A stretch of DNA of 64,000 bases from an uncultured Clostridia bacterium (GTDB lineage Bacteria; Bacillota; Clostridia; Christensenellales; UBA1242). Location of the stretch: assembly GCA_947366545.1 (NCBI GenBank), contig CANBAL010000003.1:55492-119491 (forward strand), read 5' to 3'. The stretch's first letter is position 1. The number at the start of each line of letters is the position of its first letter. The notes beneath the pieces are model-generated. The model was not told the origin of the DNA, made no database searches, and was given only the letters and a program-made list of their open reading frames with translations. This document shows positions 62,701-64,000 of this stretch, piece after piece. A program made the position numbers and the translations under genes.

Positions 62701-64000
62701 ATCGTATTCTATGTAAAACCTAAGGCCTTCAAGATACAGTTCATAAATGAACATGAAGAATTTGGACCTATAATTGAAGGCGTTAAGTATGGTTATGACA
62801 TTCCTACTTACAACCCAGAAGAAATTATTCCTGAAAGCAAAGAAGGGTATCTATTCAAGGGGTACTATACTAAGGAACTTGGACAGGGAAATCCTTACTT
62901 TGGTGAAAATGGTCAAGCAGTATCAAAGTGGTTTGAAACAGGTTATGATTGGAATGGTAGAGAGTATGAAACTGCTCATCACTATGATCCTAACACAGAA
63001 ACCTTTACACTTTATGCAGCATGGTACTACTCAAAAGAGAAGATCACTATCGACTTTATTCCAGATACCCTAAAGAATAAAGTAAGTGGTATCAAGATTG
63101 GAGATTTGGTTACTCCAACAAGCAGCAATACTACAGTATGGACCACTGGCGACAATCTCTTCTATGCAGAGGTTAAGTCTGGTGTCGAAATGCTTATCAC
63201 AGCATACAAATTTGAAGGATATGAATTCCAGTACTGGTATATTGACAGAGGAAACGGAGATGTATTACGAATCCCTGGAGAAACCTATTCATATACTTCT
63301 CAAAATGGCGAAATCCTCATCAGTGCCGTATATAAGGCAGAGTTTGACTTAGAGGCCTATGATGAGACTGCACAAGAAGTTTCAAATGTTTGCGGTGAGG
63401 TATACTTAAATACTGTTGGAAATAACAAGGGTTATTATGATACCGAAGAGGCAATCACAATATACGCAGTAGAAAACAAGGGCTATATGTTTAAAGGCTG
63501 GTTTGATACCAAGGCTAACGACTTCTTAAGAGATGATAACGATAACATCATTCTTGGACAGAAAGAAGGTAAAGTTTATGCTTATACCTTTGAAAGTGCT
63601 GATCCTCTCTATTTAAGAGCAGTATTTGAAGGTAAGTCAGTTACAATTCAAGTTTCAGATTTTGTAAGTCATGGTAATATTATTACTGTTAAGTTGAATG
63701 ACACCGTAATTGAAAAATCTGAATGGAATAATTTTGTAGCTCGAATCGGTGATCAAATCACTATTGAGCTTACAGTACAAAATGGTTATGGTGTAAATTG
63801 GGACGGCCCAACCTTTACTGGTGGGTATGGAGTTTACACTTACAGAGTAAGTGCTGTAGATATACTTTCCGATGAGGAAGAGATTATATCAATTAGACCT
63901 ATTGCTGACCCAAGTCCTTTGAAATACTTTGTAGAAGTAACGGTGGAAGGCAAGACATATAGAGAAACTGACGAACTTGATATCGCTGGCAAGGTAACTT
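41737..64000 (+). CDS. Giant secreted surface protein, at least 7,421 aa and 3'-open at the window edge. N-terminal signal peptide, GLUG-type beta-helix-like module, then long arrays of Listeria-Bacteroides-type repeats and YDG/MBG-like adhesin modules
   Basis: ATG at 41737 with SD GAAGGAG. Hand translation of frame 1 over 41737-43100, 45421-50700 and 59101-64000 shows no stop, and copy 2 is base-identical to read copy-1 sequence only over 54191-55689. About 43100-45420 and 50700-54190 (hence 55690-59100) were not translated codon by codon; there I infer openness from the absence of any other long ORF and from protein-like spot translations. The ORF track lists only short antisense or frame-2 ORFs here. 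Signal peptide MRKKLMKGLYALAVMLMSVGAVAMVPSLSA/EP. Motifs: ITNAEDLALLSYL..ADIDLAG..WTPIG..FFGTFNGNFHTIKNI..GGLFGY; many GYT(F/Q)xGW...TLxAxW units; ..KQYDGT...GD.V.V.G......G......L.G.DA.NY.I modules. Confidence 0.9.
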   Translation, partial: MRKKLMKGLYALAVMLMSVGAVAMVPSLSAEPDARVEESVETSATPRVSTYAAEGTEASEPTGNWANQFDASRAESSTPFGNPVSRPDGNYYQITNAEDLALLSYLVATATSPTWLSAKYELTADIDLAGSYWTPIGVSRSYPFFGTFNGNFHTIKNIVIEGSSAIAEGGLFGYLSENAFVCNLTVDGFRSYLDDSDVASSGAVAGYAIGATIANVYAKNTNGFYGIADSTNCMIYRGWSSNGTSNDTSFSTVESTLTINVESSNTYGYAIMFNFNGGAVYKYQSKTSLGSLQYSRYGVLINSSGAVQTGKATYGPFLGTRAAVMSNASGVFAIKVGNEFTVKAGSATLTSRNLGSNLTALAGTGYIATLNWTPKKYTLNAYYNYSPDTPIATELQNDAVFPTSFSRVGYTLAGRYTNAALTTALSGLNFVGDTVALSGTTYSIYLKWNPLTNIGYNVHMLLDGQSPSGESGNVNASIAYDNLKILEGSGTENLATNSGDTKGLNFNLENHTSSNSVTISFDLNYGFEFGAGTNSSVLSTSQVFNNAGVYHVFAAGRYDTKAPVTSVVAVSGQKRTITLNNIVGSGDIYIVFKRAEVKVALETSNVTVALTNNSSSTSLNAAKTELTTKVGDVFTLTFDIDTTKGANLFITNYGVVGFNRYVNAVDTRTSFGGGSYVTKYTVSTITNDFFKTDSATGNKITAIARGLEYTVNLTMTRTESYTDSSKYALAYAAHSVDQNGTSGNNTHRIDLASDGMGRVYMLSNDYYTFDSLSLVTQHTNSGNDGTSIPITIGSDKQTILSNGYVQYAYDFKVEVPDNLGEEIPEYYFTFTAKPQEYSVETEIYIDGVEATEEQLTAYGLTSTLGNGVAKPNDTTTITFNLGANGTKYLVNTPEITCQKASEKIGNTEIDVPGAVGTMSGNTYTFGTRDTIVRADYTTKKITLDLSATAVVKDLNGKSGVNGALDGFTYNKDSLGATVGYDAGFNITVEGGANEGNINMITGYYLVGWYLQNGDIILDTNLENIINTNAVRDLVAANEGETLSLSVQPVIQQKTIKLSFGEGADEHNLITPKNGDADKTTYTFTYYHAQETFDTTAAFSLADMAGLFQKIGTSALKSWRMTEKDNVYAFNATSEYIAAWDDIYGEGNETTFNFTPNEWTNIVYTVAIDASNSISVSLGNTIYLVYDKAGNATYHNGELSVGLTAREGYTANKFSFNGNGNTATILGNLSGQENAFTLSEENIVAFLASEFHYQAGTAFTITTNWEPVVYKVFISYTNYENFATNDNILKEEGENGRYYIEVPYQTAMAGLADFETALTRSGYIVSGWRNITDNDTITIYNKNSTYDKTHDITVKAIWTVDTENSYININLDGDKSVYYNGKEQTLGTASILPALEDGKLYLSNGEKVNKGYWAKVDNDGNILEKFADNQLALSLTNVSQSGKYVYVIEVVSDTSVLISEGYTAKSTPITIEIKKNTVVVVGSALESYYTGTEKFIATDTSVVGGLYFKYDADGNELNITAPTVAYEISSDILTVKGFRLLSSNGYAVSDNVEIDYILDTHNYENNFTSFDNFGTAEGYTRVTGQFYNNSYDKVTVTNAYFLRVEGNKIVQTTLAIDVNGRGFYIEGMRHQLKLSSDKISVLPDKLILDKLIALQLLNGGETAAADTFALTLSVETKTSNADNYDDVSKFNIDYSIKLNNQEVKNNFAITVTGNYVIEDTNASNSYSYNYQVGYLTANEGMLQSITTSYAGTEYYNIKITQIKIGSVTVSGDQIGEFYIYTTDAGEMLVTIAGNGTKSLDIVVRQGYDITFTVTPVAVQTDVTSSNLVYLGLNSRNLLPEDRDELITNFTEVKDLDQQVVLSGSTGESNGQYYTLFTDVKYITLDKGNDDANKQISFFLSAGDTRVMANPTWKGFEFTGWQIPNGSGVTAEDNGANGYNIQTVAGKAAVLTAQWTLLAPTVTTPATKEIVKNASESAQTITFTEVAGTITNENNAITYTYRWFKGETLISGQTGRDLSLSKVTTNDEGSYTLQILATYNGQTAEVNVPFTLKVTTVKIISFTLDRTSDTYKNEALSLNANLNFSVGAPQNLNILNKLGNGTIKFTISYKQSADSEAVAVSEIKNAGIYTITLVLDTTIYEFDTDVANSQIFTVGQFEYTLKESDVSLSKVFGESDPKLQTILNLNREDVTVEFIRGAGEAVGNYALSKKSVNNSNYNIIVPANTWFKINKTTSNLYLSFSGNLTMVYNGKTPASIETIYDNGWKAIVKDSDNNELARVNMNLKSGKDEESTSPVTVNLDTAFNGFIITIKEISKNVGEYDLEVGGTSSTYAGIFFEGTAPKFTITKATIVVKNVVKTFDEAATFTWNSLATDNTTTLTAENLVAGEDVTISGSMLGVTVGTYGVSSLTVSGKDSGNYNVTCSENGRIKVSDATIALTNGTENFNYGQIKESTLNSPSTMRDLLQLALTANGNASDAFNAGYVTISSVTIASATYSKGGNLNVLPEGGKYTVSITLTSSNYTKANENFNVQITINTITIDLSGNTVTKQYDGTNALPPLTWNMAGLLSGDQVTVTGNYNSTAIGTGIALTLNLTGADAANYTIKTPTPTGSITSKEFKFTPNYATIDFANDGVTNPTGEEFTVTYNGNSATFLSAIASHYATRQGYTQTGWTYGTDNTDIKTDFDTFLSAVVEANKKGTLTLNAVWQIEKREVVVNVNNATVKVGDTTLTSGTAIEVDYFSSITLNITGNEGYKYVRESHTGTATLTETGKNTLNATVNVSNITSAVTISLVMEEITVTFKATKNDTNLLNTTVTGWASDITLNYSALNDQVDKLLTTMTATAGTYTQTAWTLGAKNVALTDNLLALVKEVKGTLTEDTVVETLAPVWTGVAYTITFNKNDENATFVTGSETIDATYGEPLTGFPTVAKTGMNNIWNTKADGTGTTYAEGNKLTTRGTLNGDKYSLTLYAIWSNADVDVTINPNIKSEGNNTHITRVTVDGTAITAPTTNTLNFASQRVIVVSLDPGYELDTTETKLTAGKGQVKIEGNTITLSAVSEPSTLNIVAKAKTYTVTLNATYATVNPTSIQVVFDSTMTNLPTPTRDGYTFKSWTDSEGNEYSTTTTYTVAGDITLNATWTVKTDKYVTANIGTDFEAFYNGANQQVASATLTAGGKTITVGETLTNGEKVTSLYYEVKNGETYSKVADGATLTLKDVTNTSYRLAVVIEDLLTSTSYTAYLAEKNVNIKAAAIEVTGENLVSYYTGTNAFVGTDTATQGTLQYVNGETPVTEITISRVVFEGTTFNVATGLTVRYYLNIEKDLLANYSDISGNETDGYYITVTGASIIATPLTITAKGQGFETGSKHIVNNYDVTTDTDVSLTGFNVTITLTTTGTTGPQTSFTEADFTVMRGTEDVTSNFTHTLAGIYTILSKDNTYQYTFDVKYLTSSNGSVSLEKTTGYTIKLSALKVGENNVYIGEDSYFNYTIGDTPVFTLSGNNTDKVVLVVNDDYTLTFNATINGAFTNATFLTFTSDTEVESLKSTLATLTALNDKTIPLTGTTSQTLTAVVTDVKVVTLNYGACEQAPTTVYAKIGEGTTITPPTWTGFTLKGWSTVNGVTISGATLSVPTTANILPVTLTAEWEITKPTTSLNNQEITINASEGNENINLASVIGVVTDATSDLTYTYSWYNASNELLASGETLTVKADTDAVGDYYVVVTASKAGLTSVNSDHIAFTIKVTKATLNVTMDTAGSFEYNNTNRTSDITFTVNGEKKTLASLLTAGNVYLTISNGTTDVIEIKNVGTYTISVNVNDKIYNTVTDTFTVKVTEYDYEIKDTDVAHLWKYVGASDPNLEATLTLNGETLTVYFTRETGETAGTYKLSIDTTKTNYSNYNLSIDENNKYFEVKASTNVLVISLASELKKTYDKETVSLSTRYEGGVWKLVVTSGTDEIISDLTFQTLNGDTLTPFTSNENTLAGAVFSLKNPSVNAGSYEIEVKGGTNYPNAAFNTTTYFTIDQKGLVVTKVTKVFDRTNTFDNSNVTYTGVVAGDSITLTGTFDSEHAGDRTATFTINGDAKANYKVVEGTGYTATITTSSEAVDLTVTKTTFNYGEITDGLNKDQLLALLGTLTLTIGSGYTNAIADGYVTISNVSITSATYSKGGNLNVLPEGGKYTVSITLTSSNYTKANENFNVQITINTITIDLSGNTVTKQYDGTNALPPLTWNMAGLLSGDQVTVTGNYNSTAIGTGIALTLNLTGADAANYTIKTPTPTGSITSKEFKFTPNYATIDFANDGVTNPTGEEFTVTYNGNSATFLSAIASHYATRQGYTQTGWTYGTDNTDIKTDFDTFLSAVVEANKKGTLTLNAVWQIEKREVVVNVNNATVKVGDTTLTSGTAIEVDYFSSITLNITGNEGYKYVRESHTGTATLTETGKNTLNATVNVSNITSAVTISLVMEEITVTFKATKNDTNLLNTTVTGWASDITLNYSALNDQVDKLLTTMTATAGTYTQTAWTLGAKNVALTDNLLALVKEVKGTLTEDTVVETLAPVWTGVAYTITFNKNDENATFVTGSETIDATYGEPLTGFPTVAKTGMNNIWNTKADGTGTTYAEGNKLTTRGTLNGDKYSLTLYAIWSNADVDVTINPNIKSEGNNTHITRVTVDGTAITAPTTNTLNFASQRVIVVSLDPGYELDTTETKLTAGKGQVKIEGNTITLSAVSEPSTLNIVAKAKTYTVTLNATYATVNPTSIQVVFDSTMTNLPTPTRDGYTFKSWTDSEGNEYSTTTTYTVAGDITLNATWTVKTDKYVTANIGTDFEAFYNGANQQVASATLTAGGKTITVGETLTNGEKVTSLYYEVKNGETYSKVADGATLTLKDVTNTSYRLAVVIEDLLTSTSYTAYLAEKNVNIKAAAIEVTGENLVSYYTGTNAFVGTDTATQGTLQYVNGETPVTEITISRVVFEGTTFNVATGLTVRYYLNIEKDLLANYSDISGNETDGYYITVTGASIIATPLTITAKGQGFETGSKHIVNNYDVTTDTDVSLTGFNVTITLTTTGTTGPQTSFTEADFTVMRGTEDVTSNFTHTLAGIYTILSKDNTYQYTFDVKYLTSSNGSVSLEKTTGYTIKLSALKVGENNVYIGEDSYFNYTIGDTPVFTLSGNNTDKVVLVVNDDYTLTFNATINGAFTNATFLTFTSDTEVESLKSTLATLTALNDKTIPLTGTTSQTLTAVVTDVKVVTLNYGACEQAPTTVYAKIGEGTTITPPTWTGFTLKGWSTVNGVTISGATLSVPTTANILPVTLTAEWEITKPTTSLNNQEITINASEGNENINLASVIGVVTDATSDLTYTYSWYNASNELLASGETLTVKADTDAVGDYYVVVTASKAGLTSVNSDHIAFTIKVTKATLNVTMDTAGSFEYNNTNRTSDITFTVNGEKKTLASLLTAGNVYLTISNGTTDVIEIKNVGTYTISVNVNDKIYNTVTDTFTVKVTEYDYEIKDTDVAHLWKYVGASDPNLEATLTLNGETLTVYFTRETGETAGTYKLSIDTTKTNYSNYNLSIDENNKYFEVKASTNVLVISLASELKKTYDKETVSLSTRYEGGVWKLVVTSGTDEIISDLTFQTLNGDTLTPFTSNENTLAGAVFSLKNPSVNAGSYEIEVKGGTNYPNAAFNTTTYFTIDQKGLVVTKVTKVFDRTNTFDNSNVTYTGVVAGDSITLTGTFDSEHAGDRTATFTINGDAKANYKVVEGTGYTATITTSSEAVDLTVTKTTFNYGEITDGLNKDQLLALLGDFTLTIGSGYTNAIADGYVTISNVTLDNPQYSSSHHLKVGSYIITIALDSSDYSTADIFSKPFNITVNTINIDLSSTVVDKVYDNTTDIINATWDLSAVLAGDNVSVSASYQDKTVGENKTLNVEFTGLDAGNYQISNKPTGRITATSVRLVFNNTALADFVNDKEIYASKTYADITYPTTDAAGTLGLLTKPTREGYHVTNWAYEVSTGRYEAITEANIIAVLDKAYGNGKELTIYAEWEKNDIIISITSVLGEVAKAGDVAADTYTIKYYDDITFTVLGNVGYKLDDVTITSGTIVGGLEKSGVGTRKDGTFTLHKVASDIALTVEYLEIKITVNIDKNIPQYTQEVGEAWTSETFVYSMDAKLAELLPEIKVLSGTYTQTKWTATFGTDIDVALDDSRLLKDIIGEEINSDEDAVITFKAEWAGVNYTITFNKNDVDATIEGDTTINVVYGQSMADKTFPTVTKIGMKNTWNTSANGSGKYYTNEDIFQTRDETSESNFAVTLYAIWANEDYTFTVEIDDSHVKSVLSGGVEVTNGNFTLRYGTSISFVVTVDEGYLIACNEAEFAGVATIEKLGKTLKITNLSVNDKVFKIFAIAQENTMTVNTNLSTLTNVTVGGEVVTATGNTFKADTGKEIVLTFTAEKGYTFDKDSLVNVQGGIIVREETDGVLKITWTGFTSDSIITVTPSAVANVVTLKDSSNYVSSLYINSTLLPASGATYNAMTGSELTVSVLLKYGFKNITLNLVNDLSEIITSENIVITKLGEETWDESAKAYRQSFTITGFVDAFNIKVSAEARDYNFAISSGNTAMGSVTPTTAALKFGESLNLTATVNSGFAFIGWFVGEKAISLESEYTFVLNESNKTYLESGDPIEIVANFDYSEAEFIISTEGNGSLVYKIGDGNEIVINQNGENKSIVSFNTLLTIKTVPNRGYAPEFKFYSVDGSQMTYTNYTYDESTGIMVIRALADGPRHIKVEYVACKASIKVEAGVQINYQMSYGTDIGGTIHWSDENGNLKTVTGGIDGVSYTIETATGNKEYFVVNRNSGFSFTMSSKNAGVIINRLNKDGKVIFEVDGIVGDIEVEAVFTAEDNNIDVYFEDENHERVLAGKISVSTSGYVVASGNDSSSVKINALTGQSVSMEVSTNLTFSFDEERERIFDANDAIKDKVIVGNPTDDNFALGYTRKVSVTITDIDSNGYIVFYVKPKAFKIQFINEHEEFGPIIEGVKYGYDIPTYNPEEIIPESKEGYLFKGYYTKELGQGNPYFGENGQAVSKWFETGYDWNGREYETAHHYDPNTETFTLYAAWYYSKEKITIDFIPDTLKNKVSGIKIGDLVTPTSSNTTVWTTGDNLFYAEVKSGVEMLITAYKFEGYEFQYWYIDRGNGDVLRIPGETYSYTSQNGEILISAVYKAEFDLEAYDETAQEVSNVCGEVYLNTVGNNKGYYDTEEAITIYAVENKGYMFKGWFDTKANDFLRDDNDNIILGQKEGKVYAYTFESADPLYLRAVFEGKSVTIQVSDFVSHGNIITVKLNDTVIEKSEWNNFVARIGDQITIELTVQNGYGVNWDGPTFTGGYGVYTYRVSAVDILSDEEEIISIRPIADPSPLKYFVEVTVEGKTYRETDELDIAGKVT
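49202..54190 (+). repeat. Copy 1 of the 4,989-bp (1,663-codon) in-frame tandem duplication inside the giant gene
   Basis: 49202-54089 is identical to 54191-59078 in a line-by-line comparison by eye. The antisense ORFs in the track are identical pairs offset by exactly 4,989 nt. Confidence 0.95.
54191..59179 (+). repeat. Copy 2 of the 4,989-bp in-frame tandem duplication
   Basis: Same as copy 1. The first mismatch is at 54090/59079, and there are six mismatches in the last 93 aligned bp (54090, 54112, 54113, 54115, 54129, 54162). Similarity ends at 59171. Confidence 0.95.

Noticed and set aside
41637-63352. All other short ORFs listed in the track across the giant-gene region: plus-strand ORFs such as 42086-42331, 47990-48193, 51998-52249, 62774-63073 and 63086-63352, and many minus-strand ones.
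   Set aside because: All the plus-strand ones are in frame 2, out of frame with the continuous frame-1 ORF. None has a ribosome-binding site or family motifs.
1-64000. A search for CRISPR arrays, rRNA genes, transposases, integrases, reverse transcriptases, toxin-antitoxin pairs or known defence-system signatures.
   Set aside because: No short regularly spaced repeats, no rRNA-like segments, and no ORF with recombinase, RT or nuclease hallmark motifs were seen. The only repeats are the intragenic duplication, the twin parS sites, the tRNA-linked partial copies and small intergenic direct repeats.

Overview
This is an AT-rich chromosome segment from an endospore-former-type Firmicute (Clostridia-like). 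It begins inside dnaA, so it covers the replication-origin region.

- 0-21.2 kb: dnaA (5' end cut by the window), DnaA boxes, then dnaN. Unusually, rpmH-rnpA-yidD-yidC-jag and mnmE-mnmG-rsmG-soj-spo0J follow on the same strand. After these come two parS sites, rubrerythrin, a receiver-less Spo0A C-domain protein, tRNA-Ser, an ABC exporter, spoIIP, an MFS-like permease, tRNA-Asn, yabP-yabQ and a pseudouridine synthase.
- 21.3-30.7 kb: a 3,119-aa lipoprotein built of Fn3/Ig-like modules, ending in a GLUG-type beta-helix-like region.
- 31.6-41.4 kb: typA, dnaB, two unknown envelope proteins, gltX, an MGMT-like gene, tRNA-Gly and trpS.
- 41,737 to the window end: a single reading frame (position mod 3 = 1) is open. 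It encodes a secreted giant protein of at least 7,421 codons. This ORF is absent from the supplied ORF track because it has no stop inside the window.

The giant gene contains a 4,989-bp in-frame tandem duplication that is base-perfect over 4,888 bp. The duplication sits among older, diverged copies of the same ~1,660-aa super-repeat. The two giant genes together cover about 49% of the window.

Other oddities:
- tRNA-Asn and tRNA-Gly are each flanked by structured RNA segments, bounded by a promoter and a terminator, that carry perfect partial copies (28 nt and 21 nt) of the adjacent tRNA.
- Two paralogous genes with Cys/His motifs are wedged antisense between jag and mnmE.

I saw no transposase, integrase, reverse transcriptase, CRISPR array, rRNA or recognisable defence system.
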